From positions 6,533-70,532 of the forward strand of contig JAURGT010000003.1 in assembly GCA_030833665.1 (NCBI GenBank): DNA of 64,000 nucleotides. Reading direction: 5' to 3'. Numbering within the stretch: position 1 is the stretch's first letter; each line of letters begins with the position of its first letter. Source of the stretch: Miltoncostaeales bacterium. GTDB taxonomy: Bacteria; Actinomycetota; Thermoleophilia; Miltoncostaeales; Miltoncostaeaceae. The notes below the pieces were generated by a model. That model worked only from the letters and a program-made list of their open reading frames with translations. It ran no database searches and was not told the DNA's origin. The translations under genes were made by a program, and so were the position numbers. Positions 8,864 to 18,049 of the stretch are shown in pieces.

Positions 8864-9511
8864 ATGGGTCGCGGCGTGGTCGCGCTCGTGTGCGCCGTGC
8901 CGGCCGAGGAGCGCATGCTGCGCCGGTTCGCCGGCCCCGGCGTGCGCGTGATCGTCACGGGGATGGGCGCCGGTCCGGCGGAGGAGCGCGCGAGCGCAGC
9001 CATCGCGGACGGCGTGACCGCAGCGATCTCCGTCGGGTTCTGCGGCGCGCTCGATCCCTCGCTGAAGCGCGGCGACGTGGTGGTGCCTGAGAGCGTGAGG
9101 GATGCCCTCACGGGCGATGCCTGGGACTGCGATCTCGCACTCGCCCTGGGTGCCGGCTCCCGCCGGGGCACGCTCGTCACCGCGGATCGCGTGGTGTCGC
9201 AGCCAGCGGAGCGGCGGGCGCTGGACGGCCTCGCAGTCGACATGGAGAGCGCGGGCACCGCGCGCGCCTGCGCGCGGGCGGGAATCCCCTTCGCGGCGAT
9301 CCGGGCCGTCACCGACCGGGCCGACGACGTGCTGCCGGACATCGCCGGCGTGGTGGATGATCGCGGCGATGTCCACCCACTGCGTGTGGCCGGCCGCCTC
9401 ATCCGTCGGCCATCCGACATCGCGGCGTGGGCACGCCTCGCACGCGGTGCCCGCGCCGCGCGGCGCGGGCTCGTGCCGGCCGTTGCCGCGGCCCTGGGTG
9501 ATGCCCGATGA
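8864..9511 (+). CDS. hpnG: hopanoid-associated nucleosidase/phosphorylase HpnG
   Basis: ATG 8864 (MGRGVVALV). PNP/MTAN-like fold signatures (GMGAG, VDMESAG). Located between hpnH and hpnA. Confidence 0.8.
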   Translation: MGRGVVALVCAVPAEERMLRRFAGPGVRVIVTGMGAGPAEERASAAIADGVTAAISVGFCGALDPSLKRGDVVVPESVRDALTGDAWDCDLALALGAGSRRGTLVTADRVVSQPAERRALDGLAVDMESAGTARACARAGIPFAAIRAVTDRADDVLPDIAGVVDDRGDVHPLRVAGRLIRRPSDIAAWARLARGARAARRGLVPAVAAALGDAR

Positions 9512-10518
9512 GGCGCGCGCTGGTGACCGGGGCCACGGGATTCGTCGGATCCCACGTGGCCACGCACCTGCGTGATGCCGGCTTCGAGGTGCGCGGGCTC
9601 GTACGCCCGGGGGGCACGCCCGTCAGCGCCCTGCCCGATGGCATCGAGCCGGTGCAGGGCGACGTCCGCGACCCGGCAGCGGTGCGCCGCGCCGCCGATG
9701 GCACCGAGGCCATCTTCCATGTGGCGGCAATCCACTCGCTCAACCGACGCCGGGCCGCGCAGGTGCGCGCGGTGAACGTCGGCGGGACGCAGGTGGTCAT
9801 CGATGCCGCACGGCGAGCGGGCGTGCCGATGGTGCACACGTCCTCCGTGGCCACCATCGGCCTCCCCGGGGATGGCACCCACGGAGACGAGGAGACCCTC
9901 CAGCCCTCGACGCAGGTGATCGGGGCCTACAAGCAGTCGAGGGTGGAAGCGGAGTCGCTTGTGCGCCGCGCCGTGGCGAGTGGGCTCGAGGGCTACGTGG
10001 TGAACCCCACGGCGGCGATCGGCCCTGGGGACCGCCGTCCCACGCCCACCGGCCGACTCATCGTCGACGCCATGGCGGGACGCATCCGCGCATACGTCGA
10101 CACCGGCCTGAACATCATCGACGTCCGCGATGTCGCGGCAGGCCACCTGCTCGCCCTCGAGCGCGGCGAGCCGGGGCGCCGGTACATCCTCGGGAATGCA
10201 TGGGGCAACATGAGCCTGCAGCAGATCCTCGGCATGGTTCACCGCGCCGGCGGACCACCCCCGCCCACGCGGCGCATACCGCACTCCGTGGCCATCGCCG
10301 CCGCCGCCCTGGACGAACTGGTGGAGGGTCGACTGCTCCGACGCGAACCGCGCGCGCCCCTGGACGGGGCGCTCATCGCGCGCACGCGGATGTTCTTCTC
10401 GCCGCACAGGGCGATCACCGAGCTCGGGTTCCCCCAGTCGGACGTCGGCCGGGCGGTAGACGACGCCGTGCACTGGTTCCGCGAGCGCGCCGGGGCGCGT
10501 GGCATGGTGGCGGCATGA
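9508..10518 (+). CDS. hpnA: hopanoid-associated NAD-dependent sugar epimerase/dehydratase HpnA
   Basis: Track ORF. VTGATGFVGSHV Rossmann motif and YKQSR (YxxxK). ATGA overlap with the hpnG stop. Confidence 0.8.
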   Translation: MRRALVTGATGFVGSHVATHLRDAGFEVRGLVRPGGTPVSALPDGIEPVQGDVRDPAAVRRAADGTEAIFHVAAIHSLNRRRAAQVRAVNVGGTQVVIDAARRAGVPMVHTSSVATIGLPGDGTHGDEETLQPSTQVIGAYKQSRVEAESLVRRAVASGLEGYVVNPTAAIGPGDRRPTPTGRLIVDAMAGRIRAYVDTGLNIIDVRDVAAGHLLALERGEPGRRYILGNAWGNMSLQQILGMVHRAGGPPPPTRRIPHSVAIAAAALDELVEGRLLRREPRAPLDGALIARTRMFFSPHRAITELGFPQSDVGRAVDDAVHWFRERAGARGMVAA

Positions 10519-12395
10519 CGAGCAGCATCACCCGGGGCGAACTGCACGCGGCGGCGCGCATTGCGGCCGACCGCGGCGCCCAGCACCTGCGCGCGCTGCA
10601 GGATCCCTCGGGTTACTGGTGGGGCGAACTCGAGTCGAACGCATCCATCACGGCCGAGCAACTCTTCCTGCTCGAGGCACTGGGCCGCGCCACCGATGAC
10701 GACCGCCGCGAGATCGCCGCCGAGCTCCTCGCCACGCAGGGGGACGACGGAGGGTGGCCGGTGTGGCACGGCGCAGCCGGCGACCTGAGCGTGACGGTGG
10801 AGGCCTGGTACGCGCTCCGCCTCGCGGGCGTGCCCGCCGAATCGGAGCCGATGCGCCGCGCGCGCAACCGTATCCTCGTGCTGGGCGGAGCGAACAAGGC
10901 CCGCTTCTTCACGCGACTCTGGCTCGCGGTGCTCGGCAAGTACCCCTGGGAGTCGCTGCCCGCCGCCACGCCGGAACTCATGCTGATGCCCCCGCGCGCG
11001 CCGCTATCGGTGTACCGGTTCGCCTCGTGGGCCCGCGGCACGTTCGTGCCCCTGCTCGTCGTGCTCTCGCGCAACCCGACCTTCCCGCAGGAGCCCTCGG
11101 TGGAGGAGATCTTCGCCGAGTCGCCGGGCAGCGTGGACGGGCCTCCGCCCCGCACCCCGGGACCGCTCACGGCGACCATGCGGCGACTCATGCCGCTCGC
11201 GCGCACCTACAACCGATGGCCGGTCACCTCGGTGCGGCGCGCCTCGGAACGGCGCATCCGCCGATGGATCCTCGACCGCCAGGAGGTCGACGGATCCTGG
11301 GCGGGCATCCAGCCACCGTGGGTCTACTCGATCATCGCGCTGCATGCGCTGGGCATGCCGCTCGACCACCCGGTCATCGAGCGGGCCCTCGATGGCTTCT
11401 CGACATTCGCGCTGCGCCGCGATGGCCGGCTGCGCATCCAGTCGTGCATCTCGCCCGTGTGGGACACCTGCCTCGCGGCCATCGCGATCCACGACTCCGG
11501 GACCGCCGAAGACGATGACGCCATCGATCGCGCCCGCGACTGGCTCGTGGCGCGCGAGATCACCCGCGAGGGCGACTGGCGGCGCATATCCCGCCGCGGC
11601 GAGGCCGGCGGCTGGGCATTCGAGTTCCACAACGAGTGGTACCCGGACACCGACGACACCGCCGAGGTGCTGCTCGCGCTGCTCAAGGCCGGCGTGCCGC
11701 CCGGCGACAGCGTCGTCCAGCGCGCGGTCGACTGGCTGCTCGCGATGCAGAGCAAGGACGGCGGCTGGGGCGCCTTCGACGTGGACAACACCAGCCGGCT
11801 GGTGGGGCAGTTCCCGGTGTGCGACTTCGGCGAGGTCATCGACCCGCCCACCGAGGACGTCACGGGGCACGTGCTCGAGGCCCTCGTGCACTGCGGCGTG
11901 CCTGTCGGGCACCCGGCCGTGCGTGCGGGGCTCGCCTACCTGCGCGCCACGCAGCGCGATGACGGTTCGTGGTGGGGGCGCTGGGGCGTGAACCACATCT
12001 ACGGCACCGGGTCGGTGCTGCCGGCCCTCGCCGCATGCGGGGTGGACATGCGAGAGCCGTGGGTCCGCCGATCGGTCGAGTGGCTGCAGGCGTGCCAGAA
12101 CGATGACGGGGGCTGGGGCGAGGACATCGAGAGCTACCGCGATGCGTCGCTCGCCGGCATCGGGACGTCCACGGCCTCGCAGACCGCCTGGGCTCTCATC
12201 GGCCTCATGGCCGCCGACCCCGGCAACCCGGCCATCGAGGGTGGGATCGCATGGCTCGTGCGCGAGCAGGCCGCGGACGGGGGCTGGGACGAGGACGCCT
12301 TCACCGGCACCGGGTTCCCCCTCGACTTCATGATCAAGTACCACTACTACCGGCTCTACTTCCCGGTCATGGCCCTCGGGCGGTACGCGGCGTGA
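10515..12395 (+). CDS. shc: squalene-hopene cyclase
   Basis: ATG 10515 overlaps the hpnA stop (ATGA). DTDDTAEV (DxDDTA protonation motif), repeated QW-type motifs (QxxDGGW / DGSWWG / DGGWG), 626 aa. Confidence 0.95.
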   Translation: MTSSITRGELHAAARIAADRGAQHLRALQDPSGYWWGELESNASITAEQLFLLEALGRATDDDRREIAAELLATQGDDGGWPVWHGAAGDLSVTVEAWYALRLAGVPAESEPMRRARNRILVLGGANKARFFTRLWLAVLGKYPWESLPAATPELMLMPPRAPLSVYRFASWARGTFVPLLVVLSRNPTFPQEPSVEEIFAESPGSVDGPPPRTPGPLTATMRRLMPLARTYNRWPVTSVRRASERRIRRWILDRQEVDGSWAGIQPPWVYSIIALHALGMPLDHPVIERALDGFSTFALRRDGRLRIQSCISPVWDTCLAAIAIHDSGTAEDDDAIDRARDWLVAREITREGDWRRISRRGEAGGWAFEFHNEWYPDTDDTAEVLLALLKAGVPPGDSVVQRAVDWLLAMQSKDGGWGAFDVDNTSRLVGQFPVCDFGEVIDPPTEDVTGHVLEALVHCGVPVGHPAVRAGLAYLRATQRDDGSWWGRWGVNHIYGTGSVLPALAACGVDMREPWVRRSVEWLQACQNDDGGWGEDIESYRDASLAGIGTSTASQTAWALIGLMAADPGNPAIEGGIAWLVREQAADGGWDEDAFTGTGFPLDFMIKYHYYRLYFPVMALGRYAA

Positions 12396-13258
12396 GCACC
12401 GGCGAGGCTCGGGCCCGGGCCGCCGACATCGCGCGGGATCACGACGAGAACTTCCCCGTCGCCTTCATGCTCGCGCCGCGCGACGTGCGCGACGACATGC
12501 GGGCCGTGTACGCCTACTGCAGGATCACCGACGACATCGGCGACGCCGGGGTGGCGACGCCGGGGGAGCGCCTGGAGGCGCTCGACGCGTGGGAGGCGGG
12601 CCTGCACTCCGCGATCAACGGCAGCGGCAGCGACCCCGTGCTCCTCGCCGCGGCCGACGTGATCCGGCGACGCGACCTGCCCGTGGAGCAGTTCGAGCGG
12701 CTCGTTGAGGCCAACAGAATCGACCAGCGCATCAGCCGGTGGGACACCCACGAGGACCTGCTCTGGTACTGCGCGCACTCGGCCACGCCAGTGGGCCGCA
12801 TGGTTCTGGGCGTGCTCGGAATCGATGACGCGCGAAGCATCGCGCTCTCGGACGCCACATGCGAGGGGCTCCAGCTCGTGAACTTCTGGCAGGACATCCG
12901 GCGCGACCTCGACGAGCGCGACCGTGTGTACCTGCCCCGCGAGGACATGGACCTCTTCGGCGTCTCCGTTGACGACCTGCGCGCACCGGTTGCGTCCCCC
13001 GCGCTGCGGGAGCTCGTACGCATGGAGGTTGGCCGCGCCCGCGCGCGACTGGTTGAGGGAGCGCCCCTCCGCACACGGGTGCCCCGCCGCCTGCGCCACG
13101 ACATCGCCATGTTCACGGCCGGCGGCCTCTGGGTGTGCGACTCCATCGCCGCGCAGGACCACGACACCATCGCCGCGCGCCCGGCACCTGGCGCGCGCGG
13201 GCGCGCGGCGATGGCCGCGGGGGTGGCCTGGCGCATGCTGAGCGGAGCGGGCGCGTGA
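12392..13258 (+). CDS. hpnC: hydroxysqualene synthase HpnC (squalene/phytoene synthase family)
   Basis: GTG 12392 overlaps the shc stop (GTGA). Motifs: NFPVAF, YAYCRITDDIGD, NFWQDIRRD, YLPRED. Confidence 0.85.
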   Translation: MSTGEARARAADIARDHDENFPVAFMLAPRDVRDDMRAVYAYCRITDDIGDAGVATPGERLEALDAWEAGLHSAINGSGSDPVLLAAADVIRRRDLPVEQFERLVEANRIDQRISRWDTHEDLLWYCAHSATPVGRMVLGVLGIDDARSIALSDATCEGLQLVNFWQDIRRDLDERDRVYLPREDMDLFGVSVDDLRAPVASPALRELVRMEVGRARARLVEGAPLRTRVPRRLRHDIAMFTAGGLWVCDSIAAQDHDTIAARPAPGARGRAAMAAGVAWRMLSGAGA

Positions 13259-14121
13259 CGGTCGAGGAGGCCTACGACCGCTGCACCGAGATCACGCGGG
13301 CCGAGGCGCGCAACTTCTACTTCGGGTTCATCCTCCTCCCGCGGGAGCGCCGCAGGGGAATCCACGCGCTCTACGCGTTCAGCCGGCTCTGCGACGACTC
13401 CGTTGACGGTGCAGAGAGCCAGGCCGAGAAGGAGGCAGCCGTCACCGCGCGCAGGCGTGACGTGGACGCCGCATACGCGGGGGCGGTGCCGGCGGATGAA
13501 CCGGTGCTCGTCGCGCTTGCAGACGCCATTCGCCGGTTCGGCATCCCGCGCGAGCCCATGGACGCCCTCGTGGAGGGCGTCGCCATGGACCTCGACACGA
13601 CGCACTACCCCGACTGGCCGGCGCTCAAGGGCTACTGCGACCGCGTGGCGGGCGCGGTTGGGGTGCTCTCGCTGCACGTGTTCGGCTTCCGCGACCCCGC
13701 GGCCATCGGCCACGCCGAGGACCTCGGCGTGGCGATGCAGGTGGTCAACATCATGCGGGACGTCGAGGAGGACTCCCTCCGCGGCCGTATCTACCTCCCC
13801 GCCGATGAGATGGCCGCGCACGGCGTGACAGAGGCGGACATCATGGCCGACCGCATGACGCCGGGAATGCGGGGCCTGATGCAGGCGCAGGCCCGGCGCG
13901 CCCGGGAGTACTTCGCGAGCGGACACATGCTGCTGCCGATGCTCGACCTGCGTGCGCGCATGTGCGTGCAGATGCTGGCGGCGCTCTACGAGGACATCCT
14001 CGCGCGGCTGGCGGCGCGGGACTTCGACGTGACGCAGGGGCGCGTCTCGCTGCCCGGGCACCGGAAGTTGGTGCTCATGGCGCGCTCGATCACGCGCGCG
14101 CTGGCCACGAGGCCCCGGTGA
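13255..14121 (+). CDS. hpnD: presqualene diphosphate synthase HpnD (squalene/phytoene synthase family)
   Basis: GTG 13255 overlaps the hpnC stop. Motifs: SRNFYFGF-like ARNFYFGF, YAFSRLCDDSVD, NIMRDVEED, YLPADE. Confidence 0.85.
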   Translation: MTVEEAYDRCTEITRAEARNFYFGFILLPRERRRGIHALYAFSRLCDDSVDGAESQAEKEAAVTARRRDVDAAYAGAVPADEPVLVALADAIRRFGIPREPMDALVEGVAMDLDTTHYPDWPALKGYCDRVAGAVGVLSLHVFGFRDPAAIGHAEDLGVAMQVVNIMRDVEEDSLRGRIYLPADEMAAHGVTEADIMADRMTPGMRGLMQAQARRAREYFASGHMLLPMLDLRARMCVQMLAALYEDILARLAARDFDVTQGRVSLPGHRKLVLMARSITRALATRPR

Positions 14122-15449
14122 GCCTGCAGGGCGCCCGCGTCGCCGTGGCCGGCGGGGGACTCGCAGGCATCGCGGCGGCCGTGGAGGCCGTGGGGCGGGG
14201 CGCCCGCGTGACCCTCGTGGAGCGGCGGCCATTCCTCGGCGGCAAGGCCTTCTCGTTCACCGAACCGAGCACCGGCGTTGAGCTCGACAACGGCCAGCAC
14301 GTGCACCTGGGCTGCTGCACCGCATACATGGCGCTGCTCGCGCGCCTCGGATCGGTCGGACTGACGGCCATGCAGCCGGTGCTGCACGTGGACGTCCGCG
14401 ATCGGGCGGGCATGCACGGGCTGCTCGCGGCGCGGCGGCTTCCGGCCCCCCTGCACATGGGGCCGGCCTTCAGTCGCTACGCGCTCCTCACGCGCGGCGA
14501 GCGGGTGCGCGCGCTCCGCGCGCTCACGGCCATCGCGGCGCTCGGCCCGCGCGGGCGCGACGCGCTCGACGACATCACGTTCGGCGAGTGGCTGCGTGCC
14601 CACGGCCAGCGCGACGCCGCCATCGAGCGCTTCTGGGACGTGGTCGTCCTTCCCACGTGCAACGACCGCTCCGACCGCGTATCGGCCGCCCTCGCCGCCT
14701 TCGTCATCACAGAGGGACTCATGCGCACGTCCGGCGGGGCCTCGATCGGCTGGGCGATCACCGGCCTTTCGCACTTGGTCGATGGCCCGGCGCGGCAGCT
14801 GATCGAGCGGGCGGGCGGCCGCGTGGTGACCGGCCGCGCCGTAGCCCGCGCCGATGGCGACGGGCTCGACCTCGACGACGGCACGCGCATAGATGCCGAC
14901 GCCGTGGTGCTGGCACTGCCGCCGTCGCGAGCACGCGCAGTAGCCCCTGCAGCACTGCCCCACGACCCGGGGCTCGGGGAGTCGCCCATCGTCAACGTGC
15001 ACCTCTGGTACGACCGGCCCGTGCTCGACCGCCCGATGCTCGCCGTGGTCGACAGCCCTGTGCAGTGGATGTTCGACCGGACGGCGATCACCGGGGAAGG
15101 CGCTCCCGGGCAGCACCTGGCGCTTTCGCTCTCAGCCGCGCGCGCCGAGATGGGCGTGCCGCGCGTCGAGCTGGTCGAGGCCATGGACCGGGAGGTGCGG
15201 ATCCTGCTGCGTGCCGCCCGGGCAGCGACGCTCTCGGCGTGGGCGGTCACCAAGGACGCGCGGGCCACCTTCGCTCCTGCGCCCGGGCAGGCCGCGCGCA
15301 GGCCGGGCGCGCGCACTGCGGTGGAGGGCCTTGCGCTCGCCGGCAACTGGACCGCCACGGGATGGCCCGCCACCATGGAGGGCGCCGTGCGAAGCGGCAT
15401 CACCGCGGTGGATGCGCTCGCGCCCCTGGGGGCTCCGCAGGCGGCCTGA
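14118..15449 (+). CDS. hpnE: hydroxysqualene dehydroxylase HpnE (FAD-dependent amine-oxidase family)
   Basis: GTG 14118 overlaps the hpnD stop. VAVAGGGLAGIAAA...LVERRPFLGGKA is a dinucleotide-binding motif. Confidence 0.85.
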   Translation: MSLQGARVAVAGGGLAGIAAAVEAVGRGARVTLVERRPFLGGKAFSFTEPSTGVELDNGQHVHLGCCTAYMALLARLGSVGLTAMQPVLHVDVRDRAGMHGLLAARRLPAPLHMGPAFSRYALLTRGERVRALRALTAIAALGPRGRDALDDITFGEWLRAHGQRDAAIERFWDVVVLPTCNDRSDRVSAALAAFVITEGLMRTSGGASIGWAITGLSHLVDGPARQLIERAGGRVVTGRAVARADGDGLDLDDGTRIDADAVVLALPPSRARAVAPAALPHDPGLGESPIVNVHLWYDRPVLDRPMLAVVDSPVQWMFDRTAITGEGAPGQHLALSLSAARAEMGVPRVELVEAMDREVRILLRAARAATLSAWAVTKDARATFAPAPGQAARRPGARTAVEGLALAGNWTATGWPATMEGAVRSGITAVDALAPLGAPQAA

Positions 15450-15779
15450 CGCCGGTGTTCCACGCGGCCTCAGGAAGTGGGGCACGTACGCCGTCCGTTC
15501 GTCGTCGACCAGCTCGGCGATGCGCGTCACCGCCGTGGCCTATCCTCCCGCCGACGCCGCGACCATCGTGGCGCCGAGGCAGCATGTCATCGTGGGCATC
15601 CTCGGGGAATCGCGGTACTGCTCTTGGCGCGGGCAATCGCACGGCGCATCACCCGCTCGAGGTGCATCTGCCGCGACGAGTCCCGAGCCGCATGCCCCGC
15701 ACGAGCGCACGAGCGGCCACATGACCGGCACGAGAACGCAGCAGACCAACCCATCCCACCGCGCGCGGCGCCCCGCGGC

Positions 15780-17651
15780 ATGAGCGATCCCGGCCGACCC
15801 GAGCGCGATCCGGACGCAGAGCGCGAACGGCGCCGCCGCGAGCGCGAGAGGCGCAAGCGCGAGCGCACCGCGACCGATCGCCAGGCACCGGAGCACCGCG
15901 CGCCCAACGGGTCCGACGATGCCCGGCCGGGACGCAAGCGCCCTCCCCGTGCGCCGGCGGGTCGTCGCATGCGCAGCGTCGTCATCGGCGCCGCCGCCGT
16001 GCTCCTGGTGGTGGTGGTCCTGCTCATCGCGGGCGAGGGCGGGGGCATCGCGCCCGGCACCACCGTGGCAGGCGTGGACATGGGCGGTGACGAGACGCAG
16101 GCGAAGGCGGCACTCACCAAACGCGCTGATGAGCTGCTGGCACGCAGGGTGGAACTGCAGGCGGGCGGCGGCACCGTCGCGACGGTGCGGCTCTCGGATA
16201 TCGGCGCCACCGTGGACGTGGACGCGGCCATCGCGGCGGCGCGGGATGCCTCGCCGAGCCGGCTCGTGCGCGGACTCAAGGCAGTCACCGGGCAGTCGGC
16301 CAACGAGGTTCCGCTTCGCGCGCGCTTTCGCAAGGGTGCCGTGGCCGGCTGGGTCGCCGAGATCGCCGGCCAGGTGGACCGTCCGGAGCGCAACGCCGCC
16401 GTGCTGGTCAGGGGCGCGAACTTCACCGTGGAGCCCGCCGAGGACGGCCGCATGCTCGATCGGAAGGCGCTGTCCGCGGTGCTCTCCGGCGATCTCTCCG
16501 CGACCCCCCGTGCCATCACCCTGCCGCTCAGGGCGACGCGTCCCGCGCTCACGACCGACGCCGCGCGCCAGCAGGTCGCGCAGGCCAGGGATGTGATCCG
16601 GCGTGGCACGAATGTCGTGGTCGACGACATCACGGCCACCCTTCCGCCCCGGGACGTTGCCCGCGCGATGCGCTTCACGCCGAAGGGGCTGCGCATCGCG
16701 GCATCGGAGCTTCGGAAGCCGCTGCTGGCCGCGTATCCGAAGCGATCAGTCGTGCCGCGCCCGGCGCGCTACGCCATCCGCGGCAAGCAGGCGATCGTCG
16801 TACCGTCCAAGGCAGGCCGGCTCGTCGATGCCAGGCGCGTGGCGGCTGGGCTCGTGGGCGAGGATCGCCCCGTGGAGTCGTCATTCGTCGACGCGACCCC
16901 CGTGTTCACCACCGAGAAGGCGCGCTCGCTGGGGATCAGGCAGGAGGTGGGTTCCTACACCACCCCGTACTCACCCGGCGAGGCCCGCGTCACGAACATA
17001 AGGCGTGCAAGCGCGATCCTCAACGGCACCATCATCCCCGCCGGCGGATCGCTGTCGCTCAACAAGGTGCTCGGCAGGCGCACCGAGGCGCGCGGATTCG
17101 TCGCCGCGCCCATGGTGGCCGATGGCCTCTACGTCGACGCCGTCGGCGGCGGCGTGTCGCAGGTGGCCACCACGCTCTTCAACGCGGCGTTCTTCGCGGG
17201 CTTCACGCTCAACGAGCACACCGCGCACCAGCTGTACATCTACCGCTACCCCGAGGGCCGCGAGGCCACCCTCTCGTGGCCGACCCCCGACCTCAGGATC
17301 ACCAACAACTGGGACGCCGCGGCCCTCGTGCGGGTCACCAACGCGGCCGACAGCATCACGATCGCCCTCTACTCGACCTCGTTCGACCGCAAGGTCGAGA
17401 GCGAGACGAGCGAGCGCTTCAAGTTCACCAAGCCGGAGGAGCGAAAGGTGACGAGCCCGGAGGTCACCGAGGGCGAGGTGCTCTCCAGCGAGGGCAGCGA
17501 GGGCTTCAGCGTGCGCACCACCCGCAAGGTGTTCAAGGGGTCGGATCTCGTGAGCGACGACGTGTTCACGACCGTGTACCTCGCCCCGCCGAAGGTGATC
17601 CTGGTGCCCGAGGGCACCCCCGGGGCCGAGACCCCCTTCGCGCCGGACTGA
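15780..17651 (+). CDS. VanW/YoaR-family protein with an N-terminal Arg/Glu-rich tail and a single TM
   Basis: ATG 15780 (MSDPGRPE). TM segment VVIGAAAVLLVVVVLLIAG. C-terminal VanW-like core: ...NIRRASAILNGTIIPAGGSLSLNKVLG.RTEARGF..A......DAVGGGVSQVATTLFNAAFFAG...H...YI.RYP.G.EAT. The track ORF start at 15477 looks like a spurious extension. Confidence 0.8.
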   Translation: MSDPGRPERDPDAERERRRRERERRKRERTATDRQAPEHRAPNGSDDARPGRKRPPRAPAGRRMRSVVIGAAAVLLVVVVLLIAGEGGGIAPGTTVAGVDMGGDETQAKAALTKRADELLARRVELQAGGGTVATVRLSDIGATVDVDAAIAAARDASPSRLVRGLKAVTGQSANEVPLRARFRKGAVAGWVAEIAGQVDRPERNAAVLVRGANFTVEPAEDGRMLDRKALSAVLSGDLSATPRAITLPLRATRPALTTDAARQQVAQARDVIRRGTNVVVDDITATLPPRDVARAMRFTPKGLRIAASELRKPLLAAYPKRSVVPRPARYAIRGKQAIVVPSKAGRLVDARRVAAGLVGEDRPVESSFVDATPVFTTEKARSLGIRQEVGSYTTPYSPGEARVTNIRRASAILNGTIIPAGGSLSLNKVLGRRTEARGFVAAPMVADGLYVDAVGGGVSQVATTLFNAAFFAGFTLNEHTAHQLYIYRYPEGREATLSWPTPDLRITNNWDAAALVRVTNAADSITIALYSTSFDRKVESETSERFKFTKPEERKVTSPEVTEGEVLSSEGSEGFSVRTTRKVFKGSDLVSDDVFTTVYLAPPKVILVPEGTPGAETPFAPD

Positions 17652-17652
17652 G

Positions 17653-17961
17653 TCAGTCGCCCGGGTCGTCCCCGGGCCCCCCGCCGCGTCGGCGCTGCAC
17701 CTCATCCATGCCGTGCTCGTCGGGCAGGCCGAGCGCCCGGTTGATCGCCTGAAGGGGGGTGATCCCCTGCTCGGCGGCGTTGGCCCCCGTGCGCGCGGCA
17801 GGCGAGACGTCGACGGGCTTCGCCGCGTCAACGCGCCTGCGCTCGAGGTCCTGGGCCCACGCCTCGGCGAGCACGGGCCAGCGCGCGAGCACCGCGCTGA
17901 GACGCGCCTCGCGGCTCGCGCCCCCGATCGGGGCACCGCGCCCCGGCGTGTATTCCGCCAT
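17653..17961 (-). CDS. hypothetical small protein (102 aa), paralog of 21211..21477
   Basis: ATG 17961 (MAEYTPG) follows GGAGAGG. It shares the motif VL.RWPVL.E.WA...E..R..A with the ORF at 21211..21477. Confidence 0.5.
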   Translation of the reverse strand: MAEYTPGRGAPIGGASREARLSAVLARWPVLAEAWAQDLERRRVDAAKPVDVSPAARTGANAAEQGITPLQAINRALGLPDEHGMDEVQRRRGGGPGDDPGD

Positions 17962-18049
17962 GTCCCGCACCTCTCCGGCCTTGCCGCGCGTGCCATGCAC
18001 ATGGCCCGCGTACACTCGGGAACGATAAGGGATGGCGGAAGGAGTCGCG

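Noticed and set aside
7819-10473. An 884-aa minus-strand ORF. I also considered 12514..14232(-), 13986..15116(-), 46169..48337(-), 37949..40141(-), 18320..19999(-) and 52161..53645(-).
   Set aside because: All lie antisense to genes with unambiguous family signatures (hpnH/G/A, hpnC/D/E, typA, DUF1116/TPR, acs, nadB). All translate to low-complexity Arg/Gly/Pro/His-rich sequence.
15450-15779. A 330-nt gap between hpnE and the VanW gene. I looked for a missed gene, a riboswitch or a gene remnant. One minus-strand reading gives VTRIAELVDDERTAYVPHFL from GTG 15530.
   Set aside because: There is no SD and no conserved motif. The minus-strand reading runs straight into the antisense of hpnE. No stable conserved-looking structure or known riboswitch core was recognisable by eye. 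It is left as unexplained spacer; an Rfam scan would be the decisive check.
15820-15880. A GC-rich quasi-tandem repeat (gagcgc / gcgcga units).
   Set aside because: It is in frame within the VanW gene and encodes the Arg/Glu-rich cytoplasmic tail ERERRRRERERRKRER. It is coding low complexity, not a DNA-level repeat element.
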